Shown here: one piece after another, positions 10,072 through 20,320 of the stretch | Position numbering within the stretch: the stretch's first letter is position 1 | Layout: the number at the start of each line of letters is the position of its first letter | IMG/VR virus record: IMGVR_UViG_3300009345_000003 | Span: 1 to 64,000 of that record | DNA from: a virus | Strand: one strand, 5' to 3' | DNA length: 64,000 nucleotides | Notes under the pieces: model-generated | Databases searched by the model: none | What the model was told of the DNA's origin: nothing | What the model saw: the letters and a program-made list of their open reading frames with translations, nothing else | Program-made: the position numbers and the translations under genes

Positions 10072-10264
10072 AACAAGAAAAGTAGAATTTTACTTGGGTA
10101 TGGTTGACTACACATGGAAAGTAGTAACCATGGACATTCCTGCTAAGTACTCTATGAATTACGTCGAAAAAAATGCCTACGATGTATGGGCTGAGTGCGG
10201 CGGTGATACATTGTGTGAAGACTATGCATTTGTTGGCTTGTACTATTACCCTAGTGGATGGTGA
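10064..10264 (+). CDS. hypothetical protein
   Basis: GGAGG RBS before ATG 10064 (track start 10007 too long). Confidence 0.7.
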   Translation: MSKTRKVEFYLGMVDYTWKVVTMDIPAKYSMNYVEKNAYDVWAECGGDTLCEDYAFVGLYYYPSGW

Positions 10265-10267
10265 GTT

Positions 10268-10831
10268 ATGATACTAACTAAACCGGAATTTACCGTTAAT
10301 AATAAGGATCAAGTGGTATTCTGCGATATACTTGAATTAGCAACACCGCTTGAACCGAACAGCATAATCACTGTAAAATGGGTACTCAAGTATGGTAAAT
10401 GGGTGGCTACACTAGAAAGTAAGGACATCATAACTGCTGTGTCTCTTGCAGAAACAACAGATTCAAAAGTACCTAGTGATATATGGCGTATTCATGCCGT
10501 TCAAGTAGCTGTACGTGTAATAAAAAGGTATGGTATACTGAACACGCGTAAATCAGAATCAGTTGCTATTATTAGTTATGACTACATAACTGATGGTGAC
10601 GAATCTTTACTGGACACCGACTTTGCTATCGACGTGCTTAATGTCGGTGAGCGAAACCACTTGTTCAGTATAAAAGACGTATATGATGAAGATGTACGTA
10701 AAAAACTCTATGACTCTGGTATTAGTGGTAATTTCATGCACATTATCGATATATGTGCTGATCGAGGCTATGAGTTCATCATGTTTGATACAGACGATGG
10801 CGTCGATGGTACATTTACCACAGTTCGATAA
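10268..10831 (+). CDS. hypothetical protein, paralog of 9128..9667
   Basis: Shared N-terminal motif. Confidence 0.8.
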   Translation: MILTKPEFTVNNKDQVVFCDILELATPLEPNSIITVKWVLKYGKWVATLESKDIITAVSLAETTDSKVPSDIWRIHAVQVAVRVIKRYGILNTRKSESVAIISYDYITDGDESLLDTDFAIDVLNVGERNHLFSIKDVYDEDVRKKLYDSGISGNFMHIIDICADRGYEFIMFDTDDGVDGTFTTVR

Positions 10832-10843
10832 AAAAGGAAATGA

Positions 10844-11065
10844 ATGATGAGCAAAAACAGGCCTGATATAGAGAAGATGCACACATTAACAGTATGGATA
10901 AGGGAAGATATAGAAGTTGAAAAAAAACGTGTAAAGTACATCCTTGAACAGTTTATAGAATATCCTGGATTACGAACTGAACTAGAAGATGTTTTCCAAG
11001 ATTTGCATCGTGTAGACATGGGTGTGCAATATGTACAAAAAACATTAAAAGAAGGAGATTTTTAA
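10844..11065 (+). CDS. hypothetical protein
   Basis: AAGGA RBS. Confidence 0.7.
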   Translation: MMSKNRPDIEKMHTLTVWIREDIEVEKKRVKYILEQFIEYPGLRTELEDVFQDLHRVDMGVQYVQKTLKEGDF

Positions 11066-11289
11066 TGAACAACAGCCTGCCCAGCTATAATCAGAGAGTT
11101 ATGTGCTTTAAGGATGTGTGTACTGATCTTAAAAACGCATCTTTTAAACTAAGTTATCTTATCAAAGACATTGAAAAAAACAGCAATGGCAGTATGGTCG
11201 TGGAGTCACTACATGAAACTAAGCAAGCTTTGACTACGACACGAGCAATGCTGGTTAACGCAATCAATGCATTCAGCACATTTAAGTAA
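11065..11289 (+). CDS. hypothetical protein
   Basis: AAGGAG RBS; AAGGAGATTTTTAATGA is identical at 11052 and 11302. Confidence 0.7.
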   Translation: MNNSLPSYNQRVMCFKDVCTDLKNASFKLSYLIKDIEKNSNGSMVVESLHETKQALTTTRAMLVNAINAFSTFK

Positions 11290-11314
11290 CAAACAATAAA
11301 AAAGGAGATTTTTA

Positions 11315-12301
11315 ATGAGTCATTTTTCAGTATTGGTTATTGGTCCTAACCCGGAAGAGCAATTGGCACCTTACCAGGAAAACAACATGGAGGATTGCCC
11401 CAAAAAGTACTTGTCATTTTATGACGTGGAAGACGAGTACGCAGACCAATACAACAATGGGGTAGTCGAAATATACGTACTTCCCACCGGGAAGTGGGAA
11501 TTTAGTTACAGTGCTAGTGAAGTAATGAAAAAAGCAGGTAACTTAGTCAAGCGTAAGTACTCCCTGCTATACGAAACTTTTGAAGTATTTATGTGTGAAT
11601 ATGCTGGATACGAAAAGAACGAAGATGGTCGCTACGGGTATTATGAAAATCCCAATGCAAAATGGGATTGGTATCAGCTTGGAGGACGCTGGGCTGGTTC
11701 TTTTAAACTTAAAGATAACGCAAAACCATTGCGCGCAACTGAATTATCTTGGGCTTCTGGACCTACGAAAAATGGTTGGTGTGATGCGGCTCTCGTCAAA
11801 GATATTGATTTTAAAGGAATGCTAAAAGATGCTGAATGTGAAGCAGGTAAAAAATACGACCAAGTACAACGCGAATTTGGCGGTGTAATACCTACGCTCG
11901 ATCATACCTGGACAGATGTTTTGGGTACGGATGAAATAGGAGATATTAACGCTAAACGAACTTTCTACCAAAAGCAACCGGCCAAAATGCGGCAGCAAGC
12001 TATAATTGAAGCCGCATCCAAGGAAGGTCGCGCCGATGAACTAATCATCGCATGGCCACTAAGCTTTAGATTAGAGGACTACCAGTGCACCAGGGAAGAA
12101 TATATCGCCAAAGCAGGTGGAGAAGTACTCATGTCCTTTGCCATAGTAAAAGACGGCGAATGGCACGAACGTGGCAGTATGCACTGGTGGGGATGCGTGG
12201 CCGATGAAAAGGATCATGATGTATGGGGAGAAGAGTTCTTTGATCTTATTGTGGGACTACCTGAAGACACAGAGCTGTACATGTTTGATTGTCATATCTA
12301 G
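11315..12301 (+). CDS. conserved phage hypothetical protein
   Basis: MSHFSVLVIG...EEQLAPY.E...NPNAKWDWYQLGGRW...DCHI pattern recognisable from other phages; function unknown. Confidence 0.85.
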   Translation: MSHFSVLVIGPNPEEQLAPYQENNMEDCPKKYLSFYDVEDEYADQYNNGVVEIYVLPTGKWEFSYSASEVMKKAGNLVKRKYSLLYETFEVFMCEYAGYEKNEDGRYGYYENPNAKWDWYQLGGRWAGSFKLKDNAKPLRATELSWASGPTKNGWCDAALVKDIDFKGMLKDAECEAGKKYDQVQREFGGVIPTLDHTWTDVLGTDEIGDINAKRTFYQKQPAKMRQQAIIEAASKEGRADELIIAWPLSFRLEDYQCTREEYIAKAGGEVLMSFAIVKDGEWHERGSMHWWGCVADEKDHDVWGEEFFDLIVGLPEDTELYMFDCHI

Positions 12302-12560
12302 TTAACCCATTTAAAGCCCTGCTTTCTTTTGAATGTAGGGCTAACTAATGAGTCAACTTTAATCGGAGGAGTTAGCATGGAGCGAATAGCGGCTGATGGC
12401 CAACGATCAATATCCTTATAATCGGCAGTAATTGCCGCAAGTGACTGAAATTGCGAACAAATAAAAAACTATTGACGATTCTGCTGGATTGTGGGACGAT
12501 TTGGATCGGATTAAATGCGTGTAACATGAATCATGCTACATACTTAAAAAAGGAGCTATT

Positions 12561-13067
12561 ATGCAAATAAATAGTGTAATTACCGATTATGATTTTACTA
12601 AAATCATAAAAACTGCTGATGAACATATGGTCTTTGATTGGCCTGATAAAAAAGAATATAATGATCCTAAATTACTCATTCGTGAAATGCTAGTGCAATT
12701 ACTTAGCGCGTGTGGCGTCCACTTGAATTGCACAGAGACATATGAGTACGCCGATGTACTTAATATGTCTTTCAAGTTTGATACATTTGCTAAAGCGCAA
12801 ACATTTGATGCAGAATTTAAAAAAATAAATAATATCTGGGAAGCATTAGCATTCATGCTTAACGAAGAATTCAAGTTTGATGTACGCGCAATTGATCCTG
12901 GAACAGCAGATGACTATAAAGCACTGTTGGACCACGTTGAAAAGCATATGCTCAAGCGCGGTTACATATTTGAATATACTATGCAGCGATGGTTTGATGA
13001 AACTGCATACACGCACACAGACACTTACCAGATATACTTCAACAAGGAAGGAGTTAACAATGGCTGA
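12561..13067 (+). CDS. hypothetical protein (possible member of the 22895-24719 paralog family)
   Basis: AAGGAG RBS; weak pattern similarity. Confidence 0.75.
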   Translation: MQINSVITDYDFTKIIKTADEHMVFDWPDKKEYNDPKLLIREMLVQLLSACGVHLNCTETYEYADVLNMSFKFDTFAKAQTFDAEFKKINNIWEALAFMLNEEFKFDVRAIDPGTADDYKALLDHVEKHMLKRGYIFEYTMQRWFDETAYTHTDTYQIYFNKEGVNNG

Positions 13068-13665
13068 TAGATTAGATGTATATGAAGTAATAGCCAAGTT
13101 AGCAGAAAAGAAAGGTTATGTAGACTTCCTGGATGGTGAGTTCTGTGATGCTGATGGTGGTGAACAGCTGATTGTTGCCGATTGGCATGATCCACGAACT
13201 AAGGAATTCGCCAGCTACTTGGCTAAAAACAGTATAAATATGCATTTTTATGACGAGGTAACTACCTGCTCAGAGTGTGGCAAGTATGTTTGTACTCAAC
13301 CGACATCATACTCATGGATACCTAACTATATCATCATTAATGGTAGCTTGTACTGTCGTGATTGTGTTGAGCAAAATTTAGACTTTGTTGTTGAAAAAAT
13401 AATTGAAGAATTTAAGAATTCATCAAGTCATGCTGTATATGCTTGGTGCCTACCTTTACTTAACCGGCGCGGATGGCTGACTCGATTGGGTGATAACTAT
13501 GAAACAGGCTGGCATCCAGGTCAAACCGATGATCCGGTAGAGATACTAACCAAAGTATTTGACCTGGGTTACGATGTAATATTTTACATAGACCGTGTAG
13601 GCCAATTTGATACTTATTGGAATATATTGATTAAAAAACGTGAAGACGAAGAACACGCACTTTGA
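13060..13665 (+). CDS. hypothetical protein with Zn-finger (CSECG...CRDC)
   Basis: AAGGAG RBS before ATG 13060; YETGWHPGQTDDP motif. Confidence 0.8.
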   Translation: MADRLDVYEVIAKLAEKKGYVDFLDGEFCDADGGEQLIVADWHDPRTKEFASYLAKNSINMHFYDEVTTCSECGKYVCTQPTSYSWIPNYIIINGSLYCRDCVEQNLDFVVEKIIEEFKNSSSHAVYAWCLPLLNRRGWLTRLGDNYETGWHPGQTDDPVEILTKVFDLGYDVIFYIDRVGQFDTYWNILIKKREDEEHAL

Positions 13666-13704
13666 TTTCTAGTTATGTAATAAGATAAAAAAAGGAGAAA
13701 CAAA

Positions 13705-14313
13705 GTGATTAGATGTAAAGTATGTGGTTTGCGGTATGATTCTGCCGAATTCAGGGATTACCCACTTGGCGGTTATTGCTGCCGCAACTGTTTGGATTTG
13801 TATGAAAGTGAAAGACTGCCTGTCGTATACGAAGGCTTTGACTTCATACTACTCGCTAATGGATGTGATGTTGGGAAGCTATCAATAAAATATGACGGTA
13901 CGGTTAATATCAAAGCACCTGGAAGTATAAGGGACTGGTTCTGGTTGTTAGATAAGGTGTTCCATTACCTTAAAACAAGAAATACAAGGCATTTTATAGG
14001 ATTTGATAGCCTAACTAACGGTAAATATGGGGCAGATATATTATTTACATTTGATGAAGATTACGACGGACCATTCTTCATTAATCACTACTTAGCCGAC
14101 CAAATATATGGCGGTCCTGAACAAGGTGGCTGGTACTATGGTTTTTATTTATTTGTTACTCAAGTATTTACAGGAACGCATGATGAAGTACTTGCTGAAT
14201 GGGACTTACTGAATAACGAACGTAAAACTTGGGATCACACAAAACCAAACCATAACTTGTACATCATTGAAAGGCATTCCGGCTATAATCGGTCTGTATT
14301 CAAACCCATATAA
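13705..14313 (+). CDS. hypothetical protein, N-terminal Zn-finger, C-terminal YGGPEQGGWYY domain
   Basis: CKVC...CRNC; AAGGAG RBS with GTG start. Confidence 0.75.
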   Translation: MIRCKVCGLRYDSAEFRDYPLGGYCCRNCLDLYESERLPVVYEGFDFILLANGCDVGKLSIKYDGTVNIKAPGSIRDWFWLLDKVFHYLKTRNTRHFIGFDSLTNGKYGADILFTFDEDYDGPFFINHYLADQIYGGPEQGGWYYGFYLFVTQVFTGTHDEVLAEWDLLNNERKTWDHTKPNHNLYIIERHSGYNRSVFKPI

Positions 14314-14322
14314 GGAGATACT

Positions 14323-14715
14323 GTGCAGCCAGTATATATTGAGTACGCATTTAACGTACAGACATTAATTGATGAAATGTTTTTTGATATTGAAACCGAC
14401 AACTTTGACTTTATAGCTGATGTTTTTATCCAGATGTGTGCTTGTACAGAGCACATTGAAAATCCCCATGGTATTATGGTTGTGTATAAAGTTCATGAAA
14501 CTACCATGAACATAACTTTCATGAGAATGATCACAAACATAACAATGTTCATGGAAGTAATGTACAATCATACTAGCGTCAAATCTATCGTTCTTGAAGG
14601 ACTTGAGTTTGAACAAAAAGATTTAAACGCTCTACTCAAATGGTTTGAAGGATATGACTACCAACCAGTAGTCATTATTGGCCAGGAAGGAAAGCCTACA
14701 TATATTTATATGTAA
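14323..14715 (+). CDS. hypothetical protein
   Basis: AAGGAG RBS with GTG start. Confidence 0.75.
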   Translation: MQPVYIEYAFNVQTLIDEMFFDIETDNFDFIADVFIQMCACTEHIENPHGIMVVYKVHETTMNITFMRMITNITMFMEVMYNHTSVKSIVLEGLEFEQKDLNALLKWFEGYDYQPVVIIGQEGKPTYIYM

Positions 14716-14766
14716 CATGAAACATGCTCTAAACTAATAACTACAAAATTTTAAAAGGGGTTAATA

Positions 14767-15864
14767 ATGGCTAAGTTTACAAATTCTGGTGTATGTCATG
14801 AATTCGTACACACTGACAATGAAGCTTTTGCTGAAAATCTGTACACCCACGGTGATGGAATCTTATATTCATATGGTACACACTGGCCTTTAGGCATCAA
14901 ATTAACTGATAACGTATTTGCAATCAATAACAGTTACGCCTCTGTCACTACATCGCAACACGCTTCTAAATATGCAGGTGCTATACCTTCCGTGGTTGAT
15001 GAATATTATAATATTTACCTTGATATTGATGATATGCTGAGTATTGTCCAGGCTCGAAGGCTTAAGAATAACACTATTATTCGGGACATCGTTATTAATT
15101 ATATCGATGAACAATTGTGGGGCGTAGCCAAGCTATCGTGTAAGTACAAAGATTATACAAAATGGACTCATTACTCTGATTATACAGGGCTGCACATTAG
15201 AGGTTTGCTTGATTATTTAGCTGAACATCATGAAAAAACAAGCAAAAGTGTTGAACTAAATCATTTATTTTTTGACCCTACTTTTTGGAGTGAATACAAT
15301 AAATACAGCAGATTACATGAAGAACAGCTTGCTGCTAAAAAAACTAAGTTGAAGGAAGGGCGCGAACAAAAAGTAGCAAAGAGATTGCAAGCAATAGCGG
15401 AAGGTAACTATAAAAAATACGCCTCAGTAAAGGTTACAATGGACAATCTAAACAATCTGCCTGATTGTCCTTTTAAAAATAAATGTTTCAGTGCAAAAAC
15501 GTTTAGTGATGTCAATGATATCGCAATAATGCTAAGTTTATCTCCTGAATCACTATTAGGTAACACACAAATAATAACAGAAATTAAAGAATATAAAAAT
15601 AATGTATCGTTACGCACTAGCAGTGATTATAAACTAAACATCACACTTGATAAATTTAAGCTATTATACATCCTGAGTCGTATTTACGAAAAAAAGGGCA
15701 CCGACGGACTTTTGGATAACGCAGCTAAATTACAAGATGTGACAGGATTTAAACCTCACTTTAAATATGAACAGATTATGCTCGGATGTCACACATTTGT
15801 ACTTAAGTACTTAGCAAATACAATTATACAAACGTATAAACAAATGAAGATGCAGCATGATTAA
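14767..15864 (+). CDS. conserved phage hypothetical protein
   Basis: LYSYG.H.P....N..YS.TTS.H N-terminal motif and C-terminal GCH. Confidence 0.85.
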   Translation: MAKFTNSGVCHEFVHTDNEAFAENLYTHGDGILYSYGTHWPLGIKLTDNVFAINNSYASVTTSQHASKYAGAIPSVVDEYYNIYLDIDDMLSIVQARRLKNNTIIRDIVINYIDEQLWGVAKLSCKYKDYTKWTHYSDYTGLHIRGLLDYLAEHHEKTSKSVELNHLFFDPTFWSEYNKYSRLHEEQLAAKKTKLKEGREQKVAKRLQAIAEGNYKKYASVKVTMDNLNNLPDCPFKNKCFSAKTFSDVNDIAIMLSLSPESLLGNTQIITEIKEYKNNVSLRTSSDYKLNITLDKFKLLYILSRIYEKKGTDGLLDNAAKLQDVTGFKPHFKYEQIMLGCHTFVLKYLANTIIQTYKQMKMQHD

Positions 15865-15937
15865 AGCGGCAAAGAAACGTGCGGCTATTTAATAAAACAT
15901 GCTAACGCAATCGTTAAATATTTAAACTATAAGGAGT

Positions 15938-16318
15938 TTGAACAAAATGACTAAAGAGCACAATGACACAACTACTGTACGCTTGTATGTTGAATACCAT
16001 TATTACGTAGACAGTTTTAATGCACCTATAGATGGATTTGTTACTCAACAGCACGTTGATTATGATTGGTCAACTAAACATTTGATATTTGATTGTAAAC
16101 AAACAGCAATTGAGTGGCTAAAAAAGTGTAAACTAAAAAAGTTCACAGACAGTAAAGGTAAAATCATATACCATAACCCGCGTGCAAATATATGTGATGA
16201 TAATCAGTACTCTACACCAGCAATAACCATAGTAAAAAATACTGATTCTACTTCAGGGGAGGTGTTTACTATTAACACAATAAACAAATTGAAAAACCAT
16301 ATTGCAGGAGTGTGCTAA
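15938..16318 (+). CDS. hypothetical protein
   Basis: AAGGAG RBS (likely start 15947). Confidence 0.7.
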   Translation: MNKMTKEHNDTTTVRLYVEYHYYVDSFNAPIDGFVTQQHVDYDWSTKHLIFDCKQTAIEWLKKCKLKKFTDSKGKIIYHNPRANICDDNQYSTPAITIVKNTDSTSGEVFTINTINKLKNHIAGVC

Positions 16319-16611
16319 TGACTACTATCGATGAACTAATTATTTGGGGGTTAATTAACGAATATGTATTAGTAGTTAATGGGGTGCATCAGTCAATACA
16401 ACGAGTAGAAATAGCTGCACATAATAACTACCGCATAACATATGGTTATAAATGTAATGCTCAAATATGCGTACCTATGGAAAGCGTATGTAATATGTTG
16501 TTAAATAACAAAATAAGAATAAAAACACTTAGCCGAACAGTAAACTTAATTAAATTGGGGGATGTGTGGGAAAAAGTTGTATTAAGCAAATTAAACAAAA
16601 TAAAGAAATAA
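16312..16611 (+). CDS. hypothetical protein
   Basis: AGGAG RBS. Confidence 0.65.
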   Translation: MLMTTIDELIIWGLINEYVLVVNGVHQSIQRVEIAAHNNYRITYGYKCNAQICVPMESVCNMLLNNKIRIKTLSRTVNLIKLGDVWEKVVLSKLNKIKK

Positions 16612-16943
16612 CCTTTATAGTAGTTACTAACTTTAGCGTGTTGTTACTAACGTACACTAATTATAGTGAATACGCTAACGCTACTATGCAAATGATTATG
16701 ACGTTTTTTTACGGTTTCATGATTTGGAAACTGTATAAAAAATGTCTATTTTGGGACTTCCATATGCCTCAAACAATTAAAGATTATTTTCTATCAACCT
16801 TAATAGGTGGCACAGGTTTATATGCACTACCAAACGGTTACTTTTGGTTTTGTTTAATTTCAGTTTTATTTTCAATAATATTTTTTTATTGGGCTGATTT
16901 GGAAAAAACAATTAAATACTATAAAGAAATGGGGGTTATGTAA
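16566..16943 (+). CDS. membrane protein
   Basis: About four hydrophobic segments. Confidence 0.7.
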   Translation: MGKSCIKQIKQNKEITFIVVTNFSVLLLTYTNYSEYANATMQMIMTFFYGFMIWKLYKKCLFWDFHMPQTIKDYFLSTLIGGTGLYALPNGYFWFCLISVLFSIIFFYWADLEKTIKYYKEMGVM

Positions 16944-17146
16944 TGGCTGATTTTGTGTTTAATTTTGCAATAGATACAGGTAACGCTGCTTTTGCAGATG
17001 ATTACACCTTGCCATACGATATGGCAATTGAGGCTTTAAGGAAAGCGCGTGCCGGTAATCGTGGCGGTATTGTGCGCGATTTCAATGGAAATCATGTTGG
17101 AGATTGGTACGTTGAAACTAAAGAGGATGATGATGAAAATGAATAA
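16943..17146 (+). CDS. small conserved phage protein
   Basis: I.TGNAAF...RD.NGN.VG.W motif. Confidence 0.8.
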   Translation: MADFVFNFAIDTGNAAFADDYTLPYDMAIEALRKARAGNRGGIVRDFNGNHVGDWYVETKEDDDENE

Positions 17147-17414
17147 TGCAAAACTTAATAAAAACCCGGACATTGTAATGGTTGAATGTGCTTTCGGAGA
17201 TAGTCCCGCACGATACGATTTTATGTGCCACAGAAAATTAGCTGAAAATCTGGATGAAGGAGACATTGTAATCGTAGATACTTGTCGAGGTATTGCTACT
17301 GCCACAGTAACTATGATCATAGACCCTTCCCAATTTCAGCCAGGGATAAAGTACAAGTGGTTGTTCCAACGTGTTAACACTGGGTATTTAGCCAAACTAA
17401 GGTCACTTGTATGA
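17133..17414 (+). CDS. hypothetical protein (SH3/PSP1-N-like GD.VIV.T..G pattern)
   Basis: GAGG RBS before 17133. Confidence 0.7.
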   Translation: MKMNNAKLNKNPDIVMVECAFGDSPARYDFMCHRKLAENLDEGDIVIVDTCRGIATATVTMIIDPSQFQPGIKYKWLFQRVNTGYLAKLRSLV

Positions 17415-17671
17415 CATACAACGAAATACGCACACTCGCGTCAAAAAAAAGCACAAACCTGAAAACAAGCATAGCTGTTTACGGTGCAATAATATACAGA
17501 TGGCGCAGTAATACAGCGGGGATGTTTACTACGCATTTGATGAATGCGATAGCTGCCGCTGATTCTGTAAACACTGCGCTGCTTTATAAAGCATACCCTG
17601 ATGAAGTACTAGCGTACACAATGTACACTAACGTACATGGTTGGTGGGAAGCTGTAAAAGAATACTTATGA
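17411..17671 (+). CDS. hypothetical protein
   Basis: F...L..AI..AD..N...L..AYP..V motif typical of small phage proteins. Confidence 0.75.
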   Translation: MTYNEIRTLASKKSTNLKTSIAVYGAIIYRWRSNTAGMFTTHLMNAIAAADSVNTALLYKAYPDEVLAYTMYTNVHGWWEAVKEYL

Positions 17672-17715
17672 TTAACTAAACCATTAGCCCCTGGTTAACG
17701 CCAGGGGCATTAAAC

Positions 17716-17741
17716 ACACAAATTTATACAAGGAGCTAACA
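17716..17741 (+). repeat. 26-bp direct repeat of a leader/RBS (copy 2 at 20295-20320)
   Basis: ACACAAATTTATACAAGGAGCTAACA is identical at both sites, ahead of unrelated genes. Confidence 0.9.
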
Positions 17742-18562
17742 TGAACACGCAAGAAAAACACAATGATGATGGTTCAATAACAGTTACTACCCAGGATTTT
17801 AGGGTAGAAATTGAGCGCGATTACTATGGCATAAACCCTATCGAAGATTATTACGACGCTACCTTATACTGTGTACACCGCAGGTATAATTTGGGACATA
17901 ATAACTATACAAGTCGCGCAGATATGTTTGAAGAAATGCATACGGATTTAAAATTGGACTTACCTGAAAACGCATTTGATGATGACGGTTACATCCAAGA
18001 CGACTACTATGAACTTTTGGATGTGGCTGATTTTGAAGAAATACTCCAAAACAACAATGTGTTTTACGAAAAGCTATACCTGATGAATCATGGTGTCGCA
18101 TTAATATTAACAACTAGCATCGATTGCCGTGGAGGTTCTGCTTTCATCGGTTTCGGAGTCTTAGCCGAAGAAAGCAGAAAAACAATTACTAAAGAACAAG
18201 AAGCCCTTATGTACATCAACAGTTTTGTTTCAATATATGATAAATATTTACAAGGAGAAGTCTATGCGCTTACATTATACAATAATGAAAATGAAATAAA
18301 AGACGCTTGCGGGGGCTTTTATGGTGCAGAACACGCCATTGAAGGTGCAAATGAAATCATAGAGCAGGCCCAACGAGAATTTGAAAAAAACGTAATTAAC
18401 TTAAGCATTGAACAGCTTACTAAAATGACAGCAGCATTCTTAACCACCGAACGTCTAAGTGAAGCTACTAAACGCGTAGTCAACAAAAAGCGGTTCACAA
18501 CAAATTATAAGTACATCCAGGCTGTACTTATTGAATTAGCTGAATCTATAGATCAGGAGTAA
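17741..18562 (+). CDS. conserved hypothetical protein
   Basis: HRRYNLG...YL.GEVY...D.CGGFYG motifs; GGAGCTAACATG start. Confidence 0.85.
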   Translation: MNTQEKHNDDGSITVTTQDFRVEIERDYYGINPIEDYYDATLYCVHRRYNLGHNNYTSRADMFEEMHTDLKLDLPENAFDDDGYIQDDYYELLDVADFEEILQNNNVFYEKLYLMNHGVALILTTSIDCRGGSAFIGFGVLAEESRKTITKEQEALMYINSFVSIYDKYLQGEVYALTLYNNENEIKDACGGFYGAEHAIEGANEIIEQAQREFEKNVINLSIEQLTKMTAAFLTTERLSEATKRVVNKKRFTTNYKYIQAVLIELAESIDQE

Positions 18563-18567
18563 TCAGC

Positions 18568-19059
18568 ATGTTTATGGACTACATAATTACAGATACTAAA
18601 GACGCTGATTTCATGGAAATATATAACGAAAAACAATTTGTTGATTGGATTACTGCTGCTTTCGATGAAGGCATAATATTGCACCATGAATTGCGGCCTA
18701 TTTTATTTAAAGACCAGTCAACCGTGTTTGTTTGGCACACAGGTGAACCTAAAGTTTACCCTATTCGCAATCCTGTAAGGTGGATGCCTAAAAAACTTTA
18801 CTACACGGGTAAAATAAATTTTAACAGGCCTGTATTTAAATCAGGCAGTGACTACTATACATTCAACAATGTGCTTGTATCTTCAGCAGCTACACCAGCA
18901 GAAGTTGAGCTTAAAGCACAAGACTTCATTGATTGCAGGCCTACCTACTTAGGTAGACATTGGGCTGATGAGCCGCAGCACTATACTCCGATTAACCCAT
19001 TCGTGCTAGAATTCAAAAAAAACAATTACTACTCTTGGGGAGGTTCTTGTGCTATATAA
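18568..19059 (+). CDS. hypothetical protein
   Basis: AGGAG RBS. Confidence 0.75.
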   Translation: MFMDYIITDTKDADFMEIYNEKQFVDWITAAFDEGIILHHELRPILFKDQSTVFVWHTGEPKVYPIRNPVRWMPKKLYYTGKINFNRPVFKSGSDYYTFNNVLVSSAATPAEVELKAQDFIDCRPTYLGRHWADEPQHYTPINPFVLEFKKNNYYSWGGSCAI

Positions 19060-19648
19060 ATTCCACATATGCAGAAGGGCGTATGATTTAGCAAAAGCTT
19101 TCGCCTATAACAAGCGAGGCGAACTAAAAGGCAGTATTGCTATTGCCGGTAATCCAGTAGATAGCTGCGTAGTAATACTATCCGCAAACAAACGATGTGC
19201 ATTTTTTATCGATCAACATAGTATTGGGTACTTGTTTAAGCGTCCACTACTTATTGAAAGCCTTGAATACAACGATGCATCATATGTTCGCGCAAATGGT
19301 ATGTCACTGGAATATATGAAAGCAGAAAGCGTACTGCCTGAAGTAAAGTGTACTACGGAACTTAAAGTAAAAAAGCTGACATATGATGATATGTTCAAAA
19401 TAAAAGAAGTCACTTCACCAACAGCAGCCACTAGTTTTGGTTTTCATAAAGATGTGCTGCATATTTTGGCTAGCTTTAAGGAAGACGTGTACATAACATC
19501 TAAATATTACGCTGCTTTAGGGCATATGTTTGTAGGTTTCGGGTATGCTAATGATAGTACTATATGTGGGTTATTGCAGGTGCATGAAGTTAACACACCT
19601 TTTACATCATTAGCTATGTGTCGAAAGACAGTTGAAGACAGTAAATGA
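19049..19648 (+). CDS. hypothetical protein (very weak resemblance to phage beta-clamp-like proteins)
   Basis: GGAGG RBS with GTG start; fold guess only. Confidence 0.65.
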   Translation: MLYKFHICRRAYDLAKAFAYNKRGELKGSIAIAGNPVDSCVVILSANKRCAFFIDQHSIGYLFKRPLLIESLEYNDASYVRANGMSLEYMKAESVLPEVKCTTELKVKKLTYDDMFKIKEVTSPTAATSFGFHKDVLHILASFKEDVYITSKYYAALGHMFVGFGYANDSTICGLLQVHEVNTPFTSLAMCRKTVEDSK

Positions 19649-19914
19649 TTGAATACACATTGTACAACGCGATGCCCTTTGTTATACTCATCGGCTTTAT
19701 AATAGGCTGGAGAATAAGTAAAACTAATCAAGTAAAATATAAAAAGCGTGTAATTAAAGGAAAGTATAAAATAATACACGGTAACGGTTTAGGTAAACAT
19801 ACATATTTAGGTAAAAACATAATAACAAACAAATACGAACTTATTGAATGTAGTGAAGATGTGACTAGTGGGGATATTATTGAAATAGATGAAACCCGCA
19901 GGGAGGTGATTTAA
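19645..19914 (+). CDS. membrane-anchored hypothetical protein
   Basis: N-terminal hydrophobic helix. Confidence 0.7.
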   Translation: MIEYTLYNAMPFVILIGFIIGWRISKTNQVKYKKRVIKGKYKIIHGNGLGKHTYLGKNIITNKYELIECSEDVTSGDIIEIDETRREVI

Positions 19915-20291
19915 TGTACCCTAACGAAATCATAGCTGTATACTCTTTTCAAAAATTTATAAACGAGCTTATTAATAATGTGGGTATCTCCTGGCAACTT
20001 GCATCCACGTTAGTTACAAATACAAAAGTGTTTGAAACTGAGCAAGATACATATAACAAATGTTTGCAGATTATACGCTATGACAACATAAACACCTGTT
20101 TTAACATAACTGAGGAACTGCGTAGCATACATGATGCAGCAGACCTGCTTAGATTCATACTTAAACATATCTCTGAAGTATCAGGTGAATGTATGTCTGA
20201 ACAAGAAAAAGATATTATACAAGCGTGGGCAGAATGTAACAAATTCAATGTATTCTTTACTAATAACTATGTTGTTCACATAACCCTATAA
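19914..20291 (+). CDS. hypothetical protein
   Basis: GGAGGTGA RBS. Confidence 0.75.
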   Translation: MYPNEIIAVYSFQKFINELINNVGISWQLASTLVTNTKVFETEQDTYNKCLQIIRYDNINTCFNITEELRSIHDAADLLRFILKHISEVSGECMSEQEKDIIQAWAECNKFNVFFTNNYVVHITL

Positions 20292-20320
20292 CAAACACAA
20301 ATTTATACAAGGAGCTAACA

